Below, one piece after another: positions 41,197 through 55,519 of a stretch of 64,000 nucleotides of DNA; within the stretch, counting starts at the first letter, position 1, and every line of letters starts with the position of its first letter. The notes beneath the pieces were generated by a model that was given only the letters and a program-made list of their open reading frames with translations, searched no databases and was not told the DNA's origin. The position numbers were made by a program, and so were the translations under genes. The DNA is from the human T2T-CHM13v2.0 reference genome, Homo sapiens, in assembly GCF_009914755.1 (NCBI RefSeq), contig NC_060931.1; one strand, given 5' to 3'.

Positions 41197-41296
41197 CACA
41201 CACACATGCACATGCACACACATATACTTTTACACATGCATGCACACACATACATGAGCACACACACATTTACATACATGCTCACACACAGCACAC
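41197..41296. repeat. Degenerate (CA)n
   Basis: cacacacacatgcacatgcacaca... Confidence 0.85.
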
Positions 41297-43254
41297 AGTG
41301 GGACAGTCTGTTCACAAACACTACAGAACAAACTTCCTTGTCTGTAGGAAGATATGTGTGCACCTGGCCTCTTTGCTGTTCTTACGACTTGCCCTTCCCA
41401 AGTTATTTCTACTTTACCTCTGTGGTTCGTTTGATAGAATTTCCAGTTAATGTATTATAAGTTATAATATGCCTTTTCTGGAATAAATCTTTGCTTTCAA
41501 TAGATCCATTCACTCCTTTCCAGAAATGATCGCTGCTTTTTATATTCTCCTTGGAAAAACAAAAGCACCTGCCTTGACCCTTGTCTTCAATATCACATAT
41601 AACCATACAAAACTAAAAACAATCCATTCATTTATTGCTTTGGTTAATAGATTTTTGTTGGGCAGCTATCATGTTGTATGCGGTGTGTTAGATGCTGGGT
41701 ATGTTCTATGAAACAAAATAGTCTCTGACCCCTGGAAGAGAAAGAAAGAAAGAATATCCCTCGCCTTACCTTTCTTGACCCATAGTCCAACTGAAGAGAG
41801 AAGACGTCTGTTAATTAACTAACAATATTAAGTAGCAAATTCTGAGTATCAAATGAGTGGTATTGAGATCAGCTGCCTATTTGTGGGCTGATATGGTTCC
41901 AAATGGCTTCACTTGACAGCCTTGAAATTGAGTCTTGAAAAGGGTGCAGAAATCTAGGTAAAAAATATCGATGGGGAGGCATTTCAGGTGGGAGAAGGAA
42001 ATGAAGAAAGACCCTGAGGTGTTACATGGGGTCAAAAGAAAGGATGATTCAAAGCAAGGAGAGAGCAGAGAAGAGTTGGGCTGAAAATTGAATTTCCTAC
42101 CACTTGTAGGTACCAAGTTGTGACAATGAGCTTGTCATTTCTTGCAGCACCTGTCTTATGTAGCTAAAAGTCTCTTTGAGTTCTGCAATGGCATATTGCT
42201 TCTACGGCCAACATTCTGTCTTTGATAGTGAGGTCTTACATTAGCATTAAATCAAATGTTATATTGAACCTTGAGTAAAATCTCTTCCAATTTATGTTTT
42301 TTTTTTATTATTTGTGTCTGTGTTGTTCTCTGTGTGTGTGTGTGTGTGATTGTGCACCTGTATTTGCGTTTCTCATCTGGAAAATTCTCGTATTCTTTTC
42401 CCAGGGTTTGCACTGATTTTCACCCTTATTCACTCATCTGAAATATCCTTTTTCAGTTTAATCCCAGCATTTTATGTGGTGCTAGACTTTGGCTTATTGG
42501 ATTGTAATTTCCAACTTCTAACCTCTCACCTTTGTAAGACATTGACACTGAATCATCTTTCCTCACTCTCAGTATAAATGGTATTTTAACTCCAAGCTGG
42601 CTGCCTGTTAAATTCATTTACTGTGCTAGAGTGTATCTGGTAACTTGCCTGTGATGAATTTGTGTCCATTATTACATTATAGATGGTTTCATGCAGCCAT
42701 CTCTGCAAAGGGCCTAATTATAGCTGTGATGGCCAAAACTACTTGTTACCTCGTGTCTTCTGACTCATGTGACTTGTACATGTTTTGACAATGAACAGTT
42801 CTACCCTCCACCATGGTTAGATAAGGTGGAATCTTTTTGATAGGAGACCTATATTAGTTCAGATAAATGATGTTGCTTGTTACGTACGAACACACATCAC
42901 TTTATCTCGTTAGCTTGGGAAATGGATACGGGCAGAGTGTATTATTCATTTTATATCTAGTGCTGAGAGAGGGGCACTTCACACAAAATAGTGGTTCAGC
43001 AAATGTTTGTGGGATGCCAAAAAAGCCCCCACAACAAAAAGTGGACCTCTTTGGTTATCCAAGAGAGATGTTTTGTCTTTTGGTTCTAGAAATTTTTTCT
43101 TGCTTCCTCATCTCTCATAGACATCCTAGAGGAGTGTGTGCATGTGTGTGTGTGTAATATTAAGCAACCAGCCATTCTTTACCAATAGAAGATATCCTTG
43201 TTTCTAACAATGAGACTTCTTCTAATAGTGCTAACACTTTATCTCATGTATGTT

Positions 43255-44445
43255 ATTTATTTTTTGAAGATATAGCTTTGCATTTTGGAATAATTGGAGA
43301 CTCACATGCAATTTTAAGAAATAATACACAAAGATCCCATGTACTCTTTGCCCAGCTTCCCCTAAAGTTAACATCTTGCACAACTATAGTACAATATCAA
43401 AACCAAGATGTTGACATCAACTAATCTTATTTAGATTTCTCCATTTTGCTTTCATATATGTGTGTGTGTGTGTGTGTGTGTGGTGTATGGGTGTATTTAG
43501 TTCTGTGCAATCTTATTATATGTGTAGGTTTGTGTAATAGCACCTGCTGTGGTTTGAATGTGTTCTTACAAAAACATGTGTTGGAAATTTAATCTCCACT
43601 GCAATAGTGCTGGGAGGTACAGCCCAATGAAAGGTGTTTAGGCCATGGATTGATACTGATTACAAAAACAGCTTGAGTCTGTGAGCTCGCTGTCTTGCCC
43701 TTCTGCCTTCCTCCAGAGACCCTTGACAGATGTGGGCCCCTTGATCTTAAGCTTTCCAGCCTCCAGACCTGCGAGCCAATAGATCTCTGTTCATTACAAA
43801 TTACTGAGACTGTGATATCCTGTTTTAGCAGCACAAAAAGGACTAAGACACCACCATAGTCAAGATACAGAGCAGTTCTGTCATGAGGACCCCTCGTGAT
43901 ACTCTGACAGCCACAGCCACTCCTTCCCTCCCTAACCCCTGACAACCATCAATCTATTGACCGTCTCTAATAATGTCATTTCAAGAATGTTATATAAACA
44001 GATTTATAAAATATGTAACCTTGTAAGATTGGCTTTTTCTGTTTAGCATAACTCCTGAGATCCACCCAAGCTGTTCATGTATCCATAGCGGGTTCCTTTT
44101 TATTGCGGAGTAATATTCCATGGTATTGGTGTAACAGTTTAACCATTCACTCATTTATGGATATCTGGGTTTATTCCAGTTTTGGGCTATTACAAAGGAA
44201 GCTTCTATAAACATTCAAGTATGGTATGTGAGTGTAAGTTTTCATTTCTCTGGGATTCTTGTCTATGAATTCAACTGCTGGGTTGCGTGGTGATTGGAAG
44301 TTTAGTTTATTAAAGAAACAGTCACTGTTTCCCAGAAAGACTATGCCATTTTCCATTCCCACCAGCAATATGTGACTCAGTTTCCCTCTGTCCTCATCAA
44401 CATGTGGTGTTTTCATTATCTTGTATTTTAGGCATTCTAATAGGA
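43255..44445 (-). mobile_element. L1MC-like 3' region with an embedded (TG)n and an MST LTR
   Basis: aagaaataatacacaaagatccc...aacatcttgcacaactatagtacaat...ccattcccaccagcaata; ORF 44171..44497(-) resembles a decayed ORF2 C-terminus. Confidence 0.85.
43546..43850 (+). mobile_element. MST-family MaLR solo LTR
   Basis: tgctgtggtttgaatgtg...ggactaagaca; 5-bp TSD gcacc/ccacc. Confidence 0.85.
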
Positions 44446-44448
44446 CTT

Positions 44449-44823
44449 GTCTTATTGGGCTTATTGTCTTATTTGGGCTACTGTAACAAATTACCATAGA
44501 CTGAGTAGCTTCACAGAAGTTTATTTTTCACAGTTCAGGGGAAAGTTTAAGATCTGGGTGCTGGCATGGTCCATTTCTGGTGAGGTCCACCTTCTAGGCT
44601 GCAAACTTCTGACTTCTTGTTGTAACCTCATGTGGTGAAGAGCAGAGAGGAGAAACAAGCTCTCTCGTTACTATAATGAGGGCACTAATCTCATTCATGA
44701 GAGCTCTGCCCTTATGACTTAATCTAATCCTCATTACCTCCTGAAGTCCACAGCTCCTTATCCATCAGGGGGTAAGGTTTCAACATATGAATTCTGGGGT
44801 ACACAGACATTCTGTTCATAACA
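44449..44823 (-). mobile_element. MLT1A0/MSTD-like solo LTR
   Basis: tttgggctactgtaacaaattaccatagactg...ggcactaatctcattcatgag...acagacattctgttcataaca. Confidence 0.8.
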
Positions 44824-44942
44824 GGTATGTAATGACATTTACTTTCTAAATGGTATTTGAATGTTGTTTTGTTTATTGAATAACCATAAACCAAGGAGTT
44901 AAGGGTTGCAGATGCTGTAAACCTTATTTAACAGATGAAGCA

Positions 44943-45253
<311 letters not shown>

Positions 45254-47084
45254 GATGAAGCAAGTTGCTCAAATCAGACACTTGTTTGAGTCACAAAATA
45301 ATCAATGGTAGAGCTTTGTCTGCAACCCTACATTACTCCCTCATTGTTTTATGTTGTCCTGATTAAATTGAGCTTCTAACTGATAATAAAATCTATTATT
45401 CCCAAAATTGGGCCACCCATTCCCCAAACGTCCTACCTTCATTCTAGAATGTCAAACACAAGCCACAGCTGAGCAGCAGGACCTCCATCAGCATGCAACC
45501 ACATGGCCAGCCACGCCCTGCGCCAAGCCTCCAGATGGAGAGGATTTGGTGGGAAATCATTTCTGCTGCTTTCCGCATTCCGCATACAGTGTCTTCTTTT
45601 AACATGGCCTCTTGAGAGCCACTCTCCAGCGGCAGCACGGCCAGCCTCTGTGCCTCCACTCTCCACCCCACCTTGCCCATCCACAGCTGTCTTCCCTTTC
45701 TCTTCTCTCTTTGCAGCTATTCTCCCTTCCCAATCCAGCACAGCAGTGTGGCTCTCCTTCCTGTACACTGGTCTCCTATTTTCCCTTCTCTCATCACATA
45801 AATCAGGCTCACATAGGGTTAGCTTGCGTTAGCTTCTTTTAACTGGTTGTTCTGTTGGTTTTAATTTTCCTATTTTTGGGATTGGTTTAATTATGGGAGG
45901 AGTTAGAGGCTATTTTAATGAAATAATTATGGAATTAGCCTAGGTTTTTTGAAAGAAAGAGGAAGGAAAGGTGTGTTCCATTCTGTTTGCATTTTTTCTT
46001 CTGTATCAAGCTTTGATGTAGCTTTTTTTCCAGGCAGAATTTAGGTGCAAATGGAAAGGTCTCAATCTGACTCAAGTCAGAGTACTGTGTGTGGTTGTTC
46101 TCAATGGTTTATTAGGTTTTATAGCTCTGTTTTCTTTTCTTGACAAAGTTATCTCACCTTTGCTTGAAAACCATGTTTCTCTGAACTATTTGGTGGTTTC
46201 ATGATTGCTTGTGCTTAAATTAATGTCAGCAGCAAGGCAATCAGTAGAAACTTCAAGTTTAAATTCTCCTGAAAGCTAACTTTAAATGTTAATGTTTCAT
46301 TTAATTGAAGCATTCTGAGATATTAGCATTAACCATTTAGAGCACTTTTATTAGATAAACAGAAGAAGGGAGAAGGCCTAATTATTGTAAGTCATTTCTG
46401 TTAGACATTTATAGAGAACTTGCCTTTGATGAGAAAATTGCAAAAGAGGCCAAGTATGTCAAATGTTGTTGTCTTCCAATTCCCATTTCAATGTGCAAAC
46501 TAATCATTCACTTCCCTCATGGGACCGCTGTGAGTTTAACTGGGCAAATACATGTGGAGTCCATGGGTGAATCTTTCATTCAGTGCAGGCTACGTTGGGC
46601 GCTGTGGTCAGCTGGAGGCCCCTATTTGACAAGAGACGGTCAGAACTTAGTGTGTGTTTTCTGGGGCTGTTTTGATTTTCCTGTACAGGAGAGTTTTGCA
46701 GGGAGGCATATTGGGCTGGAAATCAAAAGGCCGTGGTTCTTGCCCATCTTTATCATGGGTAGATTTCTGGAGCCAGAACCAGAGCCAAATAACTTCCTGA
46801 CCTGCAAAATGAGGAGGCCTGGAAGATTATCCTAACGAGCCTCTTTGCTCTGTAGTTCCAGCAATTATATGTATTCTGTGAAAAGCCAATAACGTGCAAT
46901 TCCTGATAGTGAAATAACTCTGGAGCCCATGAACTCATGCTTCATAGGCCAGCCCTACAGATTAGGAAATGGGTTTCTTCCTAGGGTTTTTATTCACCGT
47001 ACAATACTTTCACATTTTCTTTCCAAATGACTATTAATCACATATTGAATTTTAAAATATTATAATCCATTTTCCCTCCAGTTT

Positions 47085-47610
47085 TTGTGGAAAAAAATGT
47101 ATACACATAACGTTTATTATTTTAACCATCCGTAAGTAAGTATACGATTCAGTGGCATTAAACACATTCACAACGTTGTATAACCATCACCACTATCTAT
47201 ACACAAAACTTTTTCATCACCCGCAACAGATCCCAATGCCTTTTCAACATTAAATACTGACTTCCCCTTCCCACTGTTACCATTCACAATGTTGTGTAAC
47301 CATCACCACTATCTATACACAAAACTTTTTCATCATCCACAACAGAAACTCTGTCCCCGTTAAATACTAACTCCCCTTTCCTACTCTTACCATTCACAAT
47401 GTTGTGTAACCATCACCACTATCTATACACAAAACTTTTTCATCATCCACAACAGAAACCCTGTCCCCATTAAACACTGACTCCCGCTTCCCACTCTTCC
47501 CAGCCCTGGTAAGTCTCCCTCTGCCTGAATTCCCCAGGAGTTTGCCTATTCCAGGTACCTCGTACAGTGTCTATCTTTCTGCATCTGGTGTATTGCTCTT
47601 AGCATAATTA
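47085..47610 (-). mobile_element. L1MB 3' end containing a 3 x ~110-bp internal tandem repeat
   Basis: attcagtggcattaaacacattcacaa...; units start at 47165, 47281 and 47391. Confidence 0.85.
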
Positions 47611-47829
47611 CTCCCCCTCCAGTTTTAGGAGAAGCTTCTTCCCAAGGAGATTTTTGATAAGAACAGGAGGCGGCCAGCTCAGCTTCCTGGGATGATTTGG
47701 GTACAGCCCCACCCAGATGTCTCTAATTTGGCGTTATCAGAGTCAGTCACCCCACTGAAAAGCCCGCCTACCCATGAGCTTGGGAAGCCCTACATTTACA
47801 GGACGGTCAGCTGTCCCCATGCCCAGGAG

Positions 47830-47965
47830 TGGTTCTGTCTGGAGCTGATTCACAGCTCCATCCCCTAGAAACTGTAATTCAACAGGTCTTGGGTAAGATT
47901 TAGGGATCTGCATTCTAAAGACAGATTCCATTGATCCCAGTGCCTTTTCAACAGTGAACACTGTC
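47830..47965. mobile_element. MER5A-like fragment
   Basis: aattcaacaggtcttgggtaag...atctgcattctaa. Confidence 0.5.
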
Positions 47966-50447
47966 TTCTGCAAACAGCTCACAATTGTCCATGAAATTTT
48001 GAGCTTAAGGAAGTTCTAACGCCCCCCTCCCCTCCTTTATTTTTGAGTTGAAAGAGGGTAGAATCAAAAACAATACTGAGAGGGGTCTAAAAATGCAAAC
48101 ACAGAGAGTTGCTGGTTTAGGAGGGCTGGGAGGCTATGGGAGACCATAGGCATAGAGAAAACATTCCTTCTCTGTGACTCTCGGGCGCGAGCGAATCCCC
48201 AAGGGGGTCACCAGAGAATCATTTCCTCTTTGGGAATACAACATGAGATGGTTCTTTCATCTGGACCTAGGTTCAATTAAGTAAATAGAGCAAATACAAA
48301 TAAGAGAAGAAAAGCAGCACAAACAGTGAAACTAGGTCTTTACATACCTAAGGAGGAGCCGTGAGCATTCGCCTCCAGGGAACCACAGTGACGGGAAACA
48401 TGCTGGAATGTTAAACGTTCCATCTCATTTGTAGGAAGCAGATGCCTACATCTTCAAATTTTGTCTTCTTAAAAATATTATTTTATCCAGATAAAAATCT
48501 ATAACCTCTAGCAAAGAAAAAACAACAGCTGCAAGTTGGAGATCATGAACTGTCTTTCCAAAGAATCTCCACGTGTAGCTGATGTCAGATGCCATCAGCA
48601 GTCAGCCTTCATCACCCCAACGCCAAGTATTTGTTCAGTTTCTGCTCCATATGAATGCATCTTGGATAGAATGTGTTTGGTTTGGCTTTTAAGAAGGCTC
48701 ACTGACTTAGCCCATGACCTAAAGCATATACTTACCAAGCCTTGGAATTCCTACAGAGGGCCCTGCACTTTGTGTTTGGTACAGAGACCAAAAATACAAA
48801 CCCAGCTTTGAGGACAGAAGGGCAGGGAAGCAGGCTCTTTATGCTGTGAGTCTCTCACTCCACCCCATGGTCCACTCTGGAAGCAGAAGAAGTTTCTTTG
48901 GGGATATAAAATGTATTGTTGGCAATTGTTTTTGTGTGCAGTTAAGGATCCTGGAATTACAGCATCTAATGTTCTAACTCTACTGCCATATCCATCTTAG
49001 GAATAGAAATGCAATTGCAAATGGCAATTTGAGGTAAGCAATCCGATTGTGCGAATAGGTCATATCAGATGGCCAGGAATCAAGGGTCATCTAATGAGAC
49101 TCACTGACCACAACTGAAATCAGCCACCAGACTCTATTTTCTCTCTGACAATTGTGATATGGAGCAAAGAACTTCACCTCCCACCACCATCCCTGCCCGT
49201 TGGTGACTGCTCGTGAACATTTGGTTGATGGATGGACAAATGTATGTGTGAACAAATAAATTAATAAATATGTAAGAGTATTGGTTACTGGAGTATGTAT
49301 TACTAGAGAAATAAGCAAAGACCTGCTCCATACCCTTCCCCCAAGAAAATAGCAAATCATTCTCAGTTGGAAGACTAAAGAGAAATGCTAGAGTCCAGGC
49401 CAATGGAAAACAAGTTAAAGACAGAAGGTTTAGTAGCACTGGAAAACCCAGGAGGACAAAGATTCTCCAGGTCATCGGGAGGCGTCGTGCTTTTTTTCAT
49501 GGGAAAGAAAACTTGACCCAGAGTGGCTTCATTAAAGAAGGGAGAGGGACTTCATAAGTGACCAGTCGAGAGCTAGGCCATAGGGGCTGCAGACCCGGGA
49601 CTCAAACGATGTGCAAAGGCCTCAGTTTCTCTCTTGGTCTCTCCCACAATGCTGTCTGCTCACACAGGCTTTCCCCCTTTGCACTGTTGCTGGTTGCATT
49701 CTCGCTCTTTCCCCCATAAGGCTATTAAAGTTGCTGCTGGAAGGTTCCAGAGCTGTATGATCCCGGAATTGTACCCTGTGAAAAAGCATAGCTGCTTTTC
49801 TCACAGAGTAAAGAGGTCCAGCCCTGAGTTATTTTGCCCCTAATGGGTTTCCAGGGTCGTGTCCTTTCCCAACCCCTGAGGAAGCTCAGCAGAGATGCTT
49901 CAGGATGAGATTAGGCTCACTGAGCGGGTGAATGGAGCTGTTTGAACTGAGGTCTCAGGGAGACCAGCCCTCTAACTGCAGCGAGCTGGATTTCAGACCC
50001 TTCCTGTGCACACACACTGTTGCTTGCCCAGACATGCTTCCCCTTTGTCTTGTTAGACCATTGATTTCCTTTAGAAGATCAAAATCAGGGTGCAGGTAGG
50101 AGCCTTAGACAATTTCTAGTTTGACTCTCATCATATTTTTAATATAGCCCTGCATTTTCCTCATATGAAAGCAGAAACCCACAGAGTTTATGATGTGCTC
50201 AGAGCCACGCACAGGATCGCTAGAAGCCGGGGCCACAGCCCAGCTTCCACCCTCCTGATGGGGACCATATCCATGTGCTGCTCTTACATGTACTGAAAAC
50301 TCAGCACATGCCTACTAAATGCTCTGTAGGCTTTATCTCATTTTAACTTCACTTACTCATGTAATCTCAGCACTATTATCATCTGCATGTCACAGAGGAG
50401 GGAGCTGAGATGCAGAGTATGTTTGTGACTTGCCCAGAGTTACACAC

Positions 50448-50811
50448 TGATATGGTTTAGCTGTGTCCCCACCCAAATCTCATCTTGAATTGTAGCTCCC
50501 ATTATCCCTACATGTTGTAGGAGGGACCTGGTAGGAGGTAACTGAATCATGGGGGCAGGTTTTTCCCATGCTGTTCTCATGAGAGTAAATGAGTCTTACA
50601 AGATCTGATGGTTTTATAAAGGGCAGTTCCCCTCCACACATTCTCCTGCCTGCTGCCATGTAAGATGTGACTTTGCTCCTCATTTGCCTTCAGCCATGAT
50701 GATGAGGCCTCCCCAGCCATGTGGAACTGTGACTCCATTAAACCTCCTTTCCTTGTAAATTACCCGGTCTCAGGTATATCTTTATTAGCAGGGTGAGAAC
50801 AGACTAATACG
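50448..50811 (+). mobile_element. THE1 (THE1C/D-like) solo LTR inside a MIR
   Basis: tgatatggtttagctgtgtccccacccaaatctcatcttgaattgt...acagactaatac; TSD cacac/cacat. Confidence 0.93.
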
Positions 50812-51344
50812 CACATACCATCGATTGGCACAGCATAGGCACTCCATGTTCATGACTCCAAAGGGTACCATCTACCACCTGTTAACTGCCTACTAGTATC
50901 TTCAAATCAACGTAAGCCTCGTAGCGTTACCTATTGCTGCCTTGTCCTAAGCAATCATGTTAATGGTATCTAGGTTGGATGAGCTACTTATATCTTTTCA
51001 ATTATACAGGAAAAACAATGGAAAATTGTGATAATGAAAAGAATGTTTGCTCACAAACCACTGAAGATGGCTTCACCTGCCACCAGTGATATGTGAACAC
51101 ACTTATGAAACTCTCACCTATATTACACAGCCAGGGAGGCTAGTGTCTTTGTGGCTGATGAGGGATCAATAAGCTTATAGCATAACAATACAGGTAAAAA
51201 TTTGTGAAAGAGCCCTGGTCACCTTCAGGGATGGAATTGACAGCAGAAAGCCCACAGCACCAAGGTTAAGTACTTTGTTTTGTGTGTATTTATGTGCAGA
51301 AACATAGATGTGTATATGTGTAGATATACAACCACATTATACGT

Positions 51345-51700
51345 TATACTTAGAAGTGCGGGTTGCATACGCCACTGCACATTAGAATCACTATACAGAA
51401 TCCAGCAAATCAGATTCTCTGATGGTGGGGCCTCAACATCAGTACTTTTTTAAAAAGTCCCAGGTGATGTCTAAGTGGAGCCAGGTTTGCAAACCAGGTA
51501 CCTAGGATAGAGGTTTTCAACTCTTGGTGTGCTCACAGAGAAGCACTTGAAGTATCTGCACAGCTTTGTCAAAATGCAGATTCAAAGCCTCAAAGATTCT
51601 GATGCAGGTAATCTGGGGTGGCCCAGGAATCCGCACATTTCACAAGCACGTTGAATGATTCTGATGCAAGTGAAGGGTCTGAGGACCACGCCTTGAAAGC
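51345..51700. mobile_element. Two adjacent MER5A/B fragments
   Basis: cacattagaatcac...aaatcagattctct...ccaggtgat; gattctgatgcaggtaatctggggtggcccaggaatc...tgaggaccac. Confidence 0.65.
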
Positions 51701-52947
51701 TCTGCACAGACCCCAGCTCCTCTAGAGGACTTGCATTGCCATCTGGTGAGGACTGAAGACCCACATTAGCTAATTACATCAGTATTTTTAACTCTGGGAA
51801 AATGTAAAAAGAATTTAGCACCCAGTGTAAATATGGAAAGATTCTTTCTTAAATGTTCAGTAGAGGACCCTGAGCATATGGTGACTATATAGTCAGTAGC
51901 GACTGATCACTTTTTAATGTCAGTTTCATCGTAATCATACGGCTTCCGAATGCCACACATTAAAATGTTAGGTCCTTTTCTTCCCAACCCAGGATTAAAA
52001 TTCATCTCAAAGGCAAAACATACTGTGATTTCTCAAATGTTTTTGGAACTGTCAAAACCAGAGGATATATTTAGAGGCCTTTAATGTAGAACACAAAATT
52101 TCACTACACGCAGAATTGCCAATTAGGATGGGAGGCTCAGAAATGATCTTAATGACACAAGTGTGCAGTGTTTTTTTCCTTCTGCATTACATGAATAATT
52201 TCAAGGGTGTTTTCACTCTGAATGAGTTTTTTTTCCTCCATTTGGCACTGCCTGTGGAGTCCTCTCTATAGCAGAGGTGATGTTACGAGCTGTAACGACG
52301 TCCCCGTCAGCAAGTAGCACATGCTTTTCCATTAGTTATACTTCCATACCTTCGTTTGCAGTTTTGTTTTTACATACAGGATTGAAACAAATACCAGATA
52401 GTACTTTTCCAAATTGTTTTGGTGGACTCCTCCCCATCCACAGCGGCAGACAACTCACATTAAATATGAAGCTTTCACCACATACAATCAGAGGCCTATC
52501 AAAATAGCTTCAAACTTCAAATTAATGCCATTTTAGGATCACTGATGCTTTTCTTTAGAATGCCATACACTTGAAATCTTCTAAGACTACAAGAACTGTA
52601 TGGACATTTATAGCTGAAAAGAAAACCTATTTTTAGAACTCAGAGCTGAAACCCTACCTCAATACTACCCCTATGTTTTCAAGAGTTCCTGTTTCCCAAT
52701 GCTAGTCAACTCTGAACCTGAATTTTAAAAATTATTTCCTCTCTGTTTCCTCCCTATCTGAGAAGTCATTTATTTGATGGTTTTAGCTTCTACTGGCAAC
52801 TACGACATGATTTGGAAGCCTGCTAAGAATGAGTCTATAATATGTTTATGTCATGTATTAAAAATCTCCACGGTCTTATAACTTAATATAACCCTATGTG
52901 TAATTAGTTGACCGAGAGTCCTTTTCAACATTGATTTTGATATATGA

Positions 52948-53263
<316 letters not shown>

Positions 53264-53729
53264 TCTAATTTTTAAGGTTTTAATTCTAGGCCGTAATTTT
53301 TTCTCTTCCAACATGATAAAAAGGGTCTTCCCATGCCCTTCTCTTGGTTTCTCTTCCCTCCTCATGCCTACCGTTTATCTGTTTCCATGACCTCCCTGCC
53401 CACCTCAAGTCAGGTGGCACTTCAACCTGCTGGCAAACAGTGCCACCCAACACTGGCACATGAGTCCATAGAATGTCTGGGAAAAGAGGCTTGTCGTACC
53501 ATGTGATGTAAAGTACTAACTGTGCAAACGTGCGGCACTCAACAATTTTAGGAGCTTTGTGATTCCTTCTTAATGATGTGCTTAATATATTTCCCCCAAT
53601 GATTGCTTATTTTCTCTGGTTTTACCCTCATTTATCAGTTCCTTATTGAATTTCTTCTTTTCCTAGTTAAACTGGAAAAGTAACTTATTACTCTGCCAGG
53701 CAGTAGGATCACTCACCAAGAGACGGTAA

Positions 53730-53835
53730 TGAGGGAGACCACATAGCCCAGTTGGTCTGGTGATGCCTGTTTTCCCAACATAGTTATTAATAGCACCACT
53801 TTCACTTTGCCACTTTGGATGGCAAATGATATAGC
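53730..53835. mobile_element. MER94-like (hAT-Blackjack) relic
   Basis: agggagaccacatag...gatgcctgttttccc...ttattaatagcaccactttcact...ttggatggcaaatgatat. Confidence 0.45.
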
Positions 53836-55133
53836 GACAATGGCACTACATTTGCTACTGGCAGCTCAAGAAGATGTTACAGAGGCTGGTTTTGACAGAA
53901 TCACATATGCCAGATATGTGGCATATGTGGAAATAGATGGGAATTATGCTGGAAATAGGTGGAGGCCCAATTGACCCTGCTTGCTCCTGTTTACCTGTAG
54001 CCTCTGCTTTTCTGCTTCAGCCTGGAATTGTCACAGAATATCCCAGACCTCCTAGTCTGTACAGGGTCTGGTTGGACAAGACCCACTGGCTTTTTAGAAT
54101 TACTCCAGAAGTCCTGGCTTGCTGATCAGAAGACTTGATTCTTCCAGAAAGAGGTAGCCAAGGAGACAGAAAACAAGCTGGAATCAGAGCAAGAAAGACT
54201 ATGTCTACCAAACATCCCCGTCTCTTCCTACTCTAACTGTAGATACATGTGGATACCATAGCAGCATGAATGAGACCAACACCATCGAATGACCATTAAA
54301 TGAATGGTCATTCGTTTATGGGGAAGCAGTACTGCAGGGATTATGAGGTCTTATGGTTTAAAGTACAGCACACATGGACCACGGTCCCAGCCAGGGCAGC
54401 CTGCTGTGGGAATCTCTCTCAGCAGATTTTTGCCTGTTAGATTCCAGAACCTTCTCTGGTCACTTTCATCCAATCTAATTGTCTGTCTTACCCAAGAAGG
54501 GATTTGTTACAAGGGACTTGGTGGATTAAGCTAAAGCAATCTTAAATGCAGAATGCCAGGTTTCTGATACAGATAATCAATTTCAGTTGCTGCAGAAAAC
54601 TCTGTTGGGGGTGATGGAGAGAATGCACTTTGTGGACCCGTCTGGATTGTCTCCTAGTCTTGTATCCAGGTGGCACTGAGCCTCATCAGTGGGGTCCACT
54701 CTGTTATTTCCTGGCCTTTACTTGGTGAGATAAACCCTTCATGTTCAGCAGCCTTGTAACAGTTTGCAGAAAAGTCTCCAGCCTTTGCTTATGTGTTGGG
54801 TGCAAGTCTACTGATACATCCTGAGGGTGTATGCTGTTGCCGGTGCGTTGCACTAAATGCCTGCTACTGAAAATATGCCCAGGGAATATTTCTCTTTATA
54901 TCTGTGGAACTTTGTCCATCGCTGTGCTGGAAACAAACTATTCCCTGGGCAGTCAGTGGTGCGCTTTTAATTCTGGCCTGTGTGGTGGCAGTGGGAGGGG
55001 CGGTGCCTTTTGCTGCGTCGGGAACCTCTTGATCCCACCAGGGTGAGCTGAAAGACCTTGAATATGATACTTCAAATAATAAAAATGTATGTGTCACCTT
55101 GGATCTGCCCAGAAAAGGGGAGAGGATTTTACA

Positions 55134-55288
55134 AACACACACACACGCACACACGCAACACGCACACACACACGCACGCACACGCGCACACACACGCTGA
55201 CACACACGCACGTACACGCGCACACATGCGTGCACACACGCGCACACACGCGCACACACACGCACACACACACGCACATGCACACACA
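55134..55288. repeat. (CA/CG)n alternating purine-pyrimidine repeat
   Basis: cacacgcacacacgc...cacgcgcacac. Confidence 0.92.
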
Positions 55289-55519
55289 GAGTCATTCAGG
55301 AAAAACAACAACAGAAAACAATTTAGCACATTTTTGGTGCTCTGAAAATATAAATTGGGATTTTATCTACCAATATTACCATTTATCAAGTTATAACTAT
55401 GTATAGCATTTAATTGATATAAATACACACAGCATAAACTTACCCCAAAGTATTTATGCTTTAAAAATTTATTTACAAATAATCTGGGAGAAAAAGGTTT
55501 ATTTCAAAACTATATAGAG

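Noticed and set aside
44448-44480. 17-bp tandem duplication at an LTR end
   Set aside because: Ordinary slippage-scale event with no further structure.
47165-47500. Regularly spaced repeats resembling a CRISPR array
   Set aside because: The units are contiguous tandem copies with no unique spacers, derive from L1, and have no cas genes nearby.
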